Of a DNA stretch of 64,000 nucleotides, positions 18,448 to 30,811 are shown in pieces. Source of the stretch: Octopus vulgaris (lineage: Eukaryota). Both the position numbers and the translations under genes were made by a program. Position 1 is the first letter of the stretch, and every line of letters starts with the position of its first letter. Under the pieces are notes generated by a model. That model ran no database searches. It saw only the letters and a program-made list of their open reading frames with translations, and was not told the DNA's origin. The DNA is taken from NCBI GenBank assembly GCA_951406725.2, contig OX597826.1, positions 40,176,001 through 40,240,000 on the forward strand, read 5' to 3'.

Positions 18448-18680
18448 AATAACAACAAAAGCTAAGAAGCTGAAAAGAAAATATGACATAAAAAGAATAA
18501 GCAAAATTAAAGAAGTAACTTGAAAGAAACCAAGCAAATTATCCAAGCCAGAACAGCTCGGATAAAGAGGCTCAAAAATAGACTGAACAGTTGAAAGACA
18601 AGAATATGTTCCGCAACAATCCTAAACGTTTTTATAAGTAGATTGCAAAGGCTAATATAACTATTTAGACTACACCTGTT
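18448..18680 (+). pseudogene. R4/Dong pre-RT fragment
   Basis: AKKLKRKY, ARIKR and NMFRNNPKRFY-like remnants directly after (TGA)n. Confidence 0.55.
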
Positions 18681-18689
18681 ATTATGGGC

Positions 18690-20230
18690 CAGTTGCTTTC
18701 CAATTAGGAATTTTCCTGCACTGATCTCTAATCATCTCTTTGGTTATTCTTAAATCCACCTGCTGATACTCTCCACTCTCCTCTTTGAGAGTCTTGTTGT
18801 TTCTCCTGAGGCCATATGTTTGGCCAGAATCATTTACTTTCTACAGCATCCGGCACAGCATTTTTCACCTTTTTATTTCCCATCCAGTTCCTGATAGACC
18901 CGATCCTGGTTTTTTTTCGAAAAGTCTGTTTAATCTGCACTGCTCAAATTTCTGCCCATATCTCTTTATGTTTATGTGCTTTAGCTTTCAACCTGTTTTA
19001 ATTCCTCAATCACAACATTGATTCTCTTTCTCTTCACTCTATACTTCCTCTCTAGCTCAACATATTTCTCTCGCTGAACTTCATTTCTTGTTTTTTTTTT
19101 CAGTTCTAGAATATTAATATGTTATCTGATCACATTAACAGACTGCGTTATTCTCCTTTTCCACCATTTTTCCTTCAGGTTATGTTGACATTTACCTTTG
19201 GCTTCCAAATCTAACTTTCGGGATATATAGATCGAGATTGCATTCGTCAGATTGTTGGTGTCTGTGATGTTGTCAGTCACTAGTGATATCATTTATCTTC
19301 CTGACCCATTTAATGAGTTTCTTTCTGTCTACTTTGTAAAACCAAGTATGAAAGCTCTGTCCACCAGAAGTCCAAATATCATTGATTTCATTTTAAATGG
19401 ATATCTATTCCTCGGTTCTCTCATCGCTTTCCTGATCAATAATCTCAGATTCATGCTCGTTTTCTTCCTTTAATTCTACTGCTATAGTTTCGCTATCTGC
19501 ATTATCTTCTTCATCTTCCCGTTCGCCGCTGGTCTTACTATCTCCAAGTACCCATCTCCTAATGCTTTCTAGTTCATTGTTTCTGATGGCTCTAGCTTGG
19601 TCACAGAGATTTTGTTCACTTAATTCAAATAGGCCTCTTTTGCTCCATGCCCTGTGTATTCTTTTCCTATTTCCACTAGCGGATACTTCATCCTCATTTC
19701 TCGGATTACTCAGAAAGTAGCACTTCCTTACAGCCACATTCATTTCTTTCATCCACCTTCCGTTAGCCATTGTCTGACAACGACTGGGTCCACGCTGCTC
19801 ACCCATGGGACACCCGCCGGGCGAGAGACCTTCGCAAGGTGTTCCAGCCTCATTCACACCATTCTCATTTCTATTTTTATTTGATATTTCAGTATTCATG
19901 ATGAGGGTCAATGAATTTTAGGTTGCACAACCACCAGTTTTTTTTTTCCGTGACACCATCACTGAGAGGATCTCCACCCTTGAATATAGGATTCTTATAA
20001 TCCTGGTTTAATTTTTGGAGTTTCCGTCTCCTAAATGGGGTGGTCAAGAATTATTATTGCTTCTGCCTCAGGTATATGCTATTTTGGGGACCGTTGCTTC
20101 ATAAGAGTTCATTAGCCTTTATACAAGTCTCGTTTTTCTTCCTGTAGGGTCTCAAAATATCAAGAATCATACACCCTCCTCACAGAGCAAGCTCTGCGGG
20201 GGTGCCGGTTTAGTCGCCGACGTCCCGATC
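18690..20230 (-). mobile_element. 5' half of an R4/Dong-like element (5' UTR and N-terminal Myb-like region), degraded
   Basis: ORF 19405-19911 contains RWMKEMN..CYFLS..W..SEQNLCDQARAI; downstream WKRRI-like remnants; GC-rich hairpin at 20171-20206. Confidence 0.7.
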
Positions 20231-20399
20231 GAAGAAAACGAAAAGAAAACGAATAATTGCCTCGTTGCCAGTTTGAATATGCCTGTCACCCTGTCTTGGT
20301 CTTGACCCAAGACTGCAGCTCAGTCAAGGAAACGAGCTGAGGAAAGGCATGTTTGACAAACAGCGACCACAACCGTTTACTGTTTAGGCAGAATATCTG

Positions 20400-21993
20400 G
20401 AGATACCGCAGCCTCAGTGCGTATGTACGGCATCATTAGCCACGGTATCGGCAGCTTTGGACCGCCACACCAATGGAACCTGGCCTCTTCACAAGAATTT
20501 GAAGAGGAGGCGCTCCAATTTAGCGAGGTGCGAATAGGGGCAATGCACAACGGTCAAGTGGTAGCAGACGACGGATGTGAATCGCCACCTCCGCCACAAT
20601 CACCATCTCCGCGCGACCTTTCAGTGGCAAATTCCTCTAAGCCAATTTTTGGGTTAGACTGGCTACCCTACTCGTCACCTCTCAATTTCTATCCACCTGT
20701 AGGTCTGGCCGGAACCAAACCGCAAGCAAATTTACTGCTCCATTCGTCCAGCTCCCAACGACTTTTCCGGGTTAAGTTTTGCTCCTGTCAACTTTTCCTA
20801 TTCTTCCTATGTGCCGAATACTTTCATTTCTGAGATGTTCGACACCATTACGATGATGTCTTCCGCATAAACCGAAAGAGCCCTTCTTTGTCCCGGTTCA
20901 ATCGGGATGCCCTGCAGCAGCTCCAGCTTCCGCAGCAAAGACTCACGAGTCAATACGTACAGAAGGAAGGAGAGAGGACTCACTTGACAGACTGATTGGG
21001 ATATCTAAAACGAGAGGTGGCCATTAACTTTGACCACAGAGCAGATGCCGCTATGCATTGCAGTAATCCAACCTCGGTGTCATCTCTGATGCACCTCAGC
21101 GCCGCTTCAATATCTACTTGGGCCATTAAAGCCGCTCTTTTCACCTCTGCTGAGATCCACCTGAAAAGCGTCGTTCTTTTCTCCACTGCTTCAATTACCT
21201 CGGACGGAATAGTTAGGTTGGACCAAGTTTGTTCTTGTTTAATCATTTCCATGCATTGTTATTGTTTAATCAGTTTCAGCATTTCATCTCTGCTTGTGAG
21301 GTCCACGGTGAAGAGTTGCTGCTTTTGCGCTGCTGCTGCCGTGAACGTGCTTTTGTTGCTGGTAATGTTCTCGTTGTTGTTGATGTTGCAGCTACTGCTG
21401 CCCTGCCGCCGCCGCCGGTGCCGTTGTTGTCGATGTTCTCGATTTCGTTGGTTTTCTTGCTGTTGTCACTTTTGCTGTTGTTGCCATCGTTGCTATCTCT
21501 TTCGTTGTTGTTGTTGCTAACACTGCTACTTCTGCTGCTGCTGCTATTACTGTTGCTACCGCTGCTGTTGTCACTGCTACCGTTGTTGCTCTTACTGCTA
21601 CTACTGATGTTACTTACGAGGTAGACGTGGGACTGTTACAGTCTCGTTTTTCTCCTCCCCTTTTGTATTGTTGCCAGTAACAGAGGGAAGCGGAGGAAGC
21701 TTTTCAGCAGTCCCCAGGTTCGTGAGAGTGACAGTTTTCTTTTTTCTCAACTCCTTCGAGACGCGCTGTGCCATCGTGTTGAGGTGTTTGATTAAATCAA
21801 ATTCTGAGGGCCGAATATAGCCTCTTGAGGAGATAACTAACAATAGAAAACCAATGACAGGTTCCTGGTAGTTTCTATGGACAACCCGGATAAAATAAAT
21901 AATGCATAAAAGCACCAAACCGGTTTAAATAAATGTTTTATACTGCACCAATCTGAAGCGCTTGAAAACACGACCTATGTATTCCGCAGTGAA
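20400..21993 (-). mobile_element. Tx1/L1-clade LINE, internally deleted (probable ORF1 fragment joined to an RT fragment)
   Basis: Minus strand from ~20980 reads SPLSFLLYVLTRESLLRKLELLQGIP..SVYAEDI, homologous to the RT at 24150-24290; upstream low-complexity coding-like segment; 5' side abuts (TAG)n. Confidence 0.7.
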
Positions 21994-22115
<122 letters not shown>

Positions 22116-22313
22116 GGGTTGGTTCAAAATATATATAAATGAATAAATAGATAAATATTGAAAATTACATCTTCATGAATATCTACGTAGAAGTGTACAA
22201 GAACGTCTCATATTCAGACAAGCAACACCCACACACACACACGCACACACACGGGGAGACACATGCATACACACAGACAAACTCTCACACATATACACAG
22301 ATAGATAAATAGA

Positions 22314-22357
<44 letters not shown>

Positions 22358-22378
22358 TAGATAGATAGATGGATAGAT

Positions 22379-24430
22379 AAGTTTCTTTATTGGCCACACA
22401 GGGCTGCACACAGATGGGACAAGTTACAAGGTAGAGCTTTTCTTTTGGGGGATGAAAAAAACAAAAACAAAAGAAAAAAAATAATAATAAATAAATAAAA
22501 TAAAAAAATAAAAAGAATAAAAAGAAAAAAAAGAAAAGGAAAAGGAACAAAAGAAAAGAGAAATGAAAAAAGAAGAAAAAAAGGGGAAAAAAAGGGGAAG
22601 AGGAAAAAACAAGAACGATCAATAGGGATCGTGTATCACAGTGTTATGATATATGGTGTAAAGGGGAAAGCAAGTAAGGTTTATCCGTGGGAAGAAAAGC
22701 CTACGAAAAAGATCACGGTAACCTTGGTCAATATTGTTATATGTTACCACATTTGTTTGCATGTGGGTAACCCTCTGTTTTCAATTTCTGGGTTCATAGG
22801 ATTATGCTCAAGGTGGCTTCGACATTCATACGTGCCATCCTTGCTACATTCACCCATCTTTTTTTAAAACATTCGCTAGATAAAACTTGCCTCTCTACTC
22901 TCACTTTCCTTTTCAAGTGGTACTTGAAGAAGTTGATGAGAGATTGACCAGAGAGGAAAGTGTTTGTCTCCAATCCTTTCAGACGCGTCCACCAGATACA
23001 TTCTTTCGCCATAGCCACAAGGATGATGAAAATAGCTCTTCCTTCCCGTTTGAAGGAAGGAGGCGTGACAATATTGACTATAGACTCAGCTGATAAACCG
23101 ACTCGTCCCACATGTGACAGCAGTTGTTCGACACAAGCCCACAGGTCGGAAATTGTTGGACACTGCACGAGTGCGTGCAGAACGGTTTCGTCGCTCTGAC
23201 CGCATCTCGGGCAGGTCGGCTCCGTGTTTCTCGAGCCGTGTCTGTAGAGCTTATCCCGAACGGGTAGCGCTTCTCGGTAACACTGCCAGGCCAGGGATCT
23301 CTGGAAGTTGTCCATGGGCCCTGGCCCGAAAGTCGTCCTGAACAGGCGGGTCAGGTACTCCTCGTCGACGTCCAGGTTCGCCCCGAGCTCGTCGTCGTAC
23401 CTCCCCTCCACTAATCCCCTATAGAATGCTTTGGTTGTGTTGAAGTCACTCAAGGTCGATCCAGGACGGCAGAGTTGCTTGAGAGCAACGCGACACTCGC
23501 GGTGCCATTCGCCCTTCCTCGGCCTCTTTTGATCCACGACTGCAGTTCGGTCATGGAGACGAGCTGCGGGAAAGCGTGCCTCACAAACGGCGACCACACC
23601 TGTTCACCGTCGTCTACATAGAGCCAGAGATGTCGCAGTCTCAGCGCGTGTCTGCGCATCATCAACCACGGCATGCCCAGTCCTCCTTTTAACGGGTGTT
23701 GACAGCAAATGGATCGCCTGACCATCGGGACGCATCCTTTCCACAAGAAGCGAAAGCGAATGCGTTGTAGTTTGGTGATGGTAGGGTCGGGACAAGGTAC
23801 GACGGTCAGGCGGTAGCAGATGACGGACGCGATGTACGTGTTCGCCACCTCCGCCCGACCTTTTAGGGACAGTTTCCTCTCGGCCCATTGCCGGGCGAGA
23901 GTGACCACCCTACTCGTTATCTCGTTCCAGTTCTTCTCCACTTGGAGGTCCGGACCAAACCAGACCCCGAGCAACTCAACCGGGCCGTCGGTCCAGCGTC
24001 CCACGACGGAGGCGCTGGTGGACAGCATGGGCTTGCTTCTCCAGGTGCCTAGTCGCAAGCCCACTGACTTTTCCCGATTGATTTTCGATCCTGTCACCGC
24101 TTCGTAGTTATTCAGTGTCTCGCCGACCTGCTCGATGTGCTCGTGGCTAGACACTATGACGGTGACGTCGTCCGCGTATGCAGACACGCTCGTCCCGCAT
24201 CCCAGTTCTCGCGGGATGCCCCTCAAAGTTGCCAGCTTCCCAATAATGGCTCGAGAGTCAATACGTATAGAAGCGACGAGAGGGGGCATCCCTGACGGAC
24301 CGAACGTGCGATGTCGAAGGGTCTCGATAGATGTCCATTCACGCGAATTACCGAACGGATGCCTCTGTAAAAAGCGGCTATCCAGCCGCGGAAGACGGGA
24401 CCGAAGCCAGCCGCTCTGAGGACTGCCTCC
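22379..24430 (-). mobile_element. Tx1/L1-clade LINE, 5'-truncated, with two frameshifts
   Basis: SVRQGCPLS, SAYADDVT, LGVWFG, GGLGMP, zf-RVT-like CPRC..ETVLHALVQC; ORF stop at 22794; T-rich 3' UTR with aataaa; (GATA)n on both sides. Confidence 0.92.
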
Positions 24431-24734
<304 letters not shown>

Positions 24735-24924
24735 CCACATATGTGTCTAGGAGTGTATGCGTGTCTAATATTGTGTAGTAATGAGTATACGGCAATTACT
24801 GTACTGATTTAAACCACTGGTATAGTTTGGGATATCTGATGTAATCCACAGTTGGGGTATATTACCTGTGTATCTGCTTCAGGAATTCCGGAGTGTTAGT
24901 TGAGAAAATAATCGATTAAGTAAA

Positions 24925-25200
24925 CAGCACATGGAATTGCCATAACATTTTATTTTGTACGACGATCGTTTCGACCCAACATGCGGCCGGAGTCAGATAC
25001 ATACATACATACATGCATACATACATACATACATACATACATACATACATACATACATACATACATACATACATACATACATACATACATACATACATAC
25101 ATACATACATACATAGAGTGTGTGTCGCTGAGCACGGCATCCCACCTAAAAAGGACAGTTACAGGACGGGTCGAAACGAACATCGGACAAAATAGAGTTA
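24925..25200 (-). mobile_element. MITE-like element with ~33-bp imperfect inverted repeats and internal (TACA)n
   Basis: taacattttattttgtacgacgatcgtttcgaccc ... gggtcgaaacgaacatcggacaaaatagagtta; second copy at 33296-33474 in the opposite orientation. Confidence 0.8.
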
Positions 25201-25231
25201 TACCAATGCCATCATCATCTGTTTACTTAAT

Positions 25232-25292
<61 letters not shown>

Positions 25293-25403
25293 GTACATAT
25301 ATACATACAAACATACATACATACATATATGTGTGGGTGGGTGTTATGGGACAGACAGACAGACTGGGAGAGCGTGTGTGTGTTTGTGTGTCTGTGTACA
25401 TAC

Positions 25404-25434
<31 letters not shown>

Positions 25435-26098
25435 TGTATGTATGTATGTATGTATGTATGTATGCATGTATGTATGTATGTATGTATGTATATATGAATT
25501 AAAGAGTCTTTAATCATCGCCTACTTTACTTTTTCTCCTATCGAAAGGATTGGAAAAGAGAAGCGTAACAATATATAAGAAAACACTTTCTCACACAAAA
25601 CAAAATATGATTAATCGATGGCGCATCATCGTTTGATAATTTTCCAAAATATCTGTCAGCGATTTTCCTATACGTTACTTCGCTCTTTATTCGTGATGTT
25701 TTTTTTTTGTTTTTTTTTTCTAATAAATCATTGAATGCGTTGAAATATTGCTTTACTACTTTTCAGAATATGGCAAAATGTCATGTTGGGCACAAAACGT
25801 CTTTGATATTAGTTCTTTAGAAATTGCTACAGAAATAGCAATGGAATTATCTTCACAAATACACCAGTCTTAATATTTTGTTTTTGTCTAAAACTGCAAA
25901 ATGCTCCCATAAAAAATTATATCTCACTATATATAGATTATTCATCGGAAACTTCAAGATCAAAGAAAATAGTCAAGATGAAACTCCTAATAAAATATGT
26001 ACACACTGCTTTGTATATTAGTACTTCGTTTGTAAAGACAAACTTTCTTTAATCCACACACATTGACATACGGTATATATAACGTATATAATACCAAT

Positions 26099-26140
<42 letters not shown>

Positions 26141-26329
26141 TATATAAAAGGGCTTAGTAAAATAAATTACTTCGCCGCATACTGAACTCATTAGAAATAG
26201 CAGCTAAAAAACTTTTTTAAAGCTATTTCTAATACTTAAAGAAAATCTCTCTCATATATAGCGCTTGCTTAATTCAACTCACAAAAGTTTGGGGGTAAGG
26301 ACATTAAAAAATCAAATGCTAAGGTTATT

Positions 26330-26381
26330 TGAGTACGTACGTTTCAAGATTAGTCAAAGCAACATTTCTCTCTTCAGCTCA
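26330..26381 (-). ncRNA. Type I hammerhead motif in the inverted monomer
   Basis: Reverse complement of 26675-26726. Confidence 0.85.
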
Positions 26382-26674
26382 TAAATTCCTTGGTTTGGAT
26401 TTGGAAACACTGAAAGTAAGAACTTACCCTTTCGAAGATCCGCTCTCAACTACCAGTGCCAACGAATCCAAATAAGCAAGTGAATCATTTCTGCTCTCCC
26501 CTTTCCACCAGCGTGGGTTAAAATCATCAAACGCTATGCTTATTTCGGTAAAATCCGAAGCATTAATTAGAGGGAGATTAATTATAATTTCAACAATTGA
26601 GGGTAAAATTAATTAATTATTAATCAAGTTCAGTTCTTACTTTCAGTGTTTCCAAATCCAAACCAAGGAATTTA

Positions 26675-26726
26675 TGAGCTGAAGAGAGAAATGTTGCTTT
26701 GACTAATCTTGAAACGTACGTACTCA
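26675..26726 (+). ncRNA. Type I hammerhead motif, monomer 1
   Basis: tgag-CTGAAGA-gaga(17 nt)tctt-GAAA-cgtacg-TA-ctca; predicted cleavage after 26722. Confidence 0.85.
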
Positions 26727-27219
26727 AATAACCTTAGCATTTGATTTTTTAATGTCCTTACCCCCAAACTTTTGTGAGTTGAATTAAGCAAACGCTATAT
26801 ATGAGAGAGATTTTCTTTAAGTATTAGAAATAGCTTTAAAAAAGTTTTTTAGCTGCTATTTCTAATGAGTTCAGTATGCGGCGAAGTAATTTATTTTACT
26901 AAGCCCTTTTATATAATGTAATAATTTGAATTCGCCTTAAATGGTCCCTTTGCATACTGAACACTTGGTGAAATTGATTAATAATTAATTAATTTTACCC
27001 TCAATTGTTGAAATTATAATTAATCTCCCTCTAATTAATGCTTCGGATTTTACCGAAATAAGCATAGCGTTTGATGATTTTAACCCACGCTGGTGGAAAG
27101 GGGAGAGCAGAAATGATTCACTTGCTTATTTGGATTCGTTGGCACTGGTAGTTGAGAGCGGATCTTCGAAAGGGTAAGTTCTTACTTTCAGTGTTTCCAA
27201 ATCCAAACCAAGGAATTTA

Positions 27220-27271
27220 TGAGCTGAAGAGAGAAATGTTGCTTTGACTAATCTTGAAACGTACGTACTCA
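27220..27271 (+). ncRNA. Type I hammerhead motif, monomer 2
   Basis: Identical motif; predicted cleavage after 27267. Confidence 0.85.
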
Positions 27272-27765
27272 AATAACCTTAGCATTTGATTTTTTAATGT
27301 CCTTACCCCCAAACTTTTGTGAGTTGAATTAAGCAAGCGCTATATATGAGAGAGATTTTCTTTAAGTATTAGAAATAGCTTTAAAAAAAGTTTTTTAGCT
27401 GCTATTTCTAATGAGTTCAGTATGCGGCGAAGTAATTTATTTTACTAAGCCCTTTTATATAATGTAATAATTTGAATTCGCCTTAAATGGTCCCTTTGCA
27501 TACTGAACACTTGGTGAAATTGATTAATAATTAATTAATTTTACCCTCAATTGTTGAAATTATAATTAATCTCCCTCTAATTAATGCTTCGGATTTTACC
27601 GAAATAAGCATAGCGTTTGATGATTTTAACCCACGCTGGTGGAAAGGGGAGAGCAGAAATGATTCACTTGCTTATTTGGATTCGTTGGCACTGGTAGTTG
27701 AGAGCGGATCTTCGAAAGGGTAAGTTCTTACTTTCAGTGTTTCCAAATCCAAACCAAGGAATTTA

Positions 27766-27817
27766 TGAGCTGAAGAGAGAAATGTTGCTTTGACTAATCT
27801 TGAAACGTACGTACTCA
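27766..27817 (+). ncRNA. Type I hammerhead motif, monomer 3
   Basis: Identical motif; predicted cleavage after 27813. Confidence 0.85.
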
Positions 27818-28310
27818 AATAACCTTAGCATTTGATTTTTTAATGTCCTTACCCCCAAACTTTTGTGAGTTGAATTAAGCAAACGCTATATATGAGAGAG
27901 ATTTTCTTTAAGTATTAGAAATAGCTTTAAAAAAGTTTTTTAGCTGCTATTTCTAATGAGTTCAGTATGCGGCGAAGTAATTTATTTTACTAAGCCCTTT
28001 TATATAATGTAATAATTTGAATTCGCCTTAAATGGTCCCTTTGCATACTGAACACTTGGTGAAATTGATTAATAATTAATTAATTTTACCCTCAATTGTT
28101 GAAATTATAATTAATCTCCCTCTAATTAATGCTTCGGATTTTACCGAAATAAGCATAGCGTTTGATGATTTTAACCCACGCTGGTGGAAAGGGGAGAGCA
28201 GAAATGATTCACTTGCTTATTTGGATTCGTTGGCACTGGTAGTTGAGAGCGGATCTTCGAAAGGGTAAGTTCTTACTTTCAGTGTTTCCAAATCCAAACC
28301 AAGGAATTTA

Positions 28311-28362
28311 TGAGCTGAAGAGAGAAATGTTGCTTTGACTAATCTTGAAACGTACGTACTCA
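28311..28362 (+). ncRNA. Type I hammerhead motif, monomer 4
   Basis: Identical motif; predicted cleavage after 28358. Confidence 0.85.
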
Positions 28363-28646
28363 AATAACCTTAGCATTTGATTTTTTAATGTCCTTACCCC
28401 CAAACTTTTGTGAGTTGAATTAAGCAAGCGCTATATATGAGAGAGATTTTCTTTAAGTATTAGAAATAGCTTTAAAAAAGTTTTTTAGCTGCTATTTCTA
28501 ATGAGTTCAGTATGCGGCGAAGTAATTTATTTTACTAAGCCCTTTTATATAATGTAATAATTTGAATTCGCCTTAAATGGTCCCTTTGCATACTGAACAC
28601 TTGGTGAAATTGATTAATAATTAATTAATTTTACCCTCAATTGTTG

Positions 28647-28676
<30 letters not shown>

Positions 28677-28681
<5 letters not shown>

Positions 28682-28847
28682 GGAAATTCACAAAAATATA
28701 AACGACGTAGTCGGGTGCTGTAGACAATAAACAGATGTATTAGTATAACGCTCGGGAAGTGAAAAAATCTTTAACATTTCGAACCTACGCTTTTCCACAG
28801 AAAGGAACACAGAAAAAAACAAGGAGAGAAAATAAAGAATGTGTAGT

Positions 28848-28850
<3 letters not shown>
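28677..28850 (-). mobile_element. Short Penelope-type terminal fragment with a decayed hammerhead (28769-28804)
   Basis: Minus strand cttt-CTGTGGA-a-aagc(gtag)gttc-GAAA-tg-TT-aaag, the same layout as 41312-41346; lies between (TA)n tracts. Confidence 0.55.
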
Positions 28851-28895
<45 letters not shown>

Positions 28896-28898
28896 TAG

Positions 28899-29105
28899 TT
28901 TACTTGTTTCAGTCATGGGACTGCGGCCATGCTAGGCGCGCCTTCAGGAATTTTCAGTCGAATGTACCGACACCAGTACTTTTTTTTATATATAAGTCTC
29001 GTACTAATTCTATCGGTATCTTTTGCACAACCGCAAAGTTACAGGGACGTAGACACAACAACACCGGCTGTCAAGCGGTGGGGGGAACAAACACAGACAC
29101 ATATC
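28899..29105 (-). mobile_element. SINE 3' half (family of 39201-39575)
   Basis: Homologous to 34955-35180 and to the reverse complement of 39430-39575. Confidence 0.75.
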
Positions 29106-29161
29106 AGACACACACACACACACACGCACACACACACGCACACGCACATACACACACACAT

Positions 29162-29219
<58 letters not shown>

Positions 29220-29239
29220 CTTAGATATGTTTCTACTAA

Positions 29240-29592
29240 ATATTGGTTCAAGCCTTGTCTAATTTAATAGCAATATCTGATAGGATTAGCTAAATCTTGG
29301 TCCATTCAAGTAGGGAGTTCTAGTTGAGCGAAATGTATTCAAGAAATTTGTCCAGATTCCGTTTAAAGGTGATGCGATCCTTTTCTTCTTTGATCTATTT
29401 CAGGACAATGTTAAATAGGTCAGTGCCTGTTGAGGAAAAGAAATTGTGTTGCAGTATATTTATGTATTGTGAGCCTGAATTGGGTTGGGGAAGTATGGCC
29501 CGTGGTCCTAGCATTGGATGAATTTTGAAGCTAATGTTGATTGAGGTCGTTTGGGCAATATATTTGGTATAATCTCCACATCGTGCAAATAT
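29240..29592 (-). pseudogene. 3' end of a CR1/L2-group LINE
   Basis: FKIHPMLGPRA..NFFSSTGTDLFNIV..FKRNLDKFL resembles the CR1 C-terminal FF..WN.L..FK..LD.FL pattern. Confidence 0.65.
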
Positions 29593-29595
29593 TAG

Positions 29596-29687
29596 ATGAC
29601 ACTTGCACAAGGTGTCAAGCAGCAGAATTGAACCCGGGACCATGTGGTTGGGTAGCAAGCTTCTCCTCACACAGCCATGCCTGTGCC
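29596..29687 (-). mobile_element. SINE tRNA-like head
   Basis: Minus strand ggcacaggcatggctgtgtg..ggttcaattc, homologous to 39201-39290. Confidence 0.75.
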
Positions 29688-29744
29688 AAACGCACAATCC
29701 TGCAATATGTGAAAGTGCTGACATTCTCATCTTTTATCTCTTTT

Positions 29745-30364
29745 CACAACTACCGATATTACTCAGAAACACATCCTCTTTGGATAGAGGCAGATAATTA
29801 ACAAGACAGGGGCAAGGTAATGGTGTGGTGTGGAATTTGGCACCGTCAAGTAATTGGACCATTTTACTCCGAGGGCTCTGTGGAAAGTGGTTCGTATCTG
29901 AACATGCTTGACAACATGATGCTGCTTCATGTGCATTCACTTGGAAGAGACAATCCTGTCTGGTTTCGACAAGATGGGGCTCCGCCTTATAATGCATTAC
30001 GGGTTCAGAATTTTCTGAATGAACATTTTCCAGGGAGATAGCTCAGGCTTCCCAGGCCAATTGAATGGACACCATGGTCACCAGATTTAACACCCATGGA
30101 CTTTTTCTCCAGGGGCTAAATTAAATCCCTTGTGTATTCTCTAAAGATTCGTGACCAAGGACGTCCTTTTCAAAGAAGCATGTGAACGAGTCAACAGAAA
30201 TGAAGAGCTATTTGAGAGGCTTCGTCGCAATTTCAAATTCCATATGAACATCTGTTTAGAGCTACATGGCCAACACTTTGAACATTTGAAATGGAATACC
30301 TACTACATGACTAATAAACCATACTCGATATTCCCCATTGTGTGTGGCTTTATGACCACCTGTA
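29745..30364 (+). mobile_element. Tc1/mariner DD41D (rosa-type) transposase remnant with right end
   Basis: VMVWCGIW..IGPF..WFRQDGAPP..WTPWSPDLTPMDFF; 41 codons between the last two Asp, one of them a stop; ends ..gaccacctgta. Confidence 0.85.
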
Positions 30365-30723
30365 TGTGTGTGTGTGTATATATATATATAAGATGGAGAT
30401 AAGATAAAAGAGAAGTATTTTGGTATTTTGAAGAACTGAGTGAAAAAGTGAATTGTGAGTTAAGTGAATGAACGAGAATATAAGTGTGTCACTTTGAAGC
30501 TGCCCCGTTCTGTTCTTGTAGATATTATCATTTGTCAATATATTTGCGACAAATGTATTTTCGTATGTATATTGTTGCATATGTGTATAGATTTATATGC
30601 ACTACAATGAGTGTATAAATGTGTAAAAAAAATCTATAGATATACACATGCATTTATATACATACGAGTATTAGCACTTAGATATGTACATGAATATGCA
30701 CTAATACCCATATTTATAAGACC

Positions 30724-30811
<88 letters not shown>

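Larger units (their letters stand above)
26138..28650 (+). mobile_element. Hammerhead-bearing tandem array (retrozyme or Penelope pseudo-LTR-like): inverted partial monomer 26138-26630 plus ~3.7 direct 545-bp monomers 26632-28650
   Basis: agttcttactttcag recurs at 26632, 27177, 27723 and 28268 (periods 545/546/545); units are near-identical; no ORF; (TA)n on both sides. Confidence 0.93.

Noticed and set aside
26632-28650. CRISPR array or ordinary satellite
   Set aside because: There are no unique spacers and the context is eukaryotic; the embedded hammerheads and inverted arm point to a retroelement origin.
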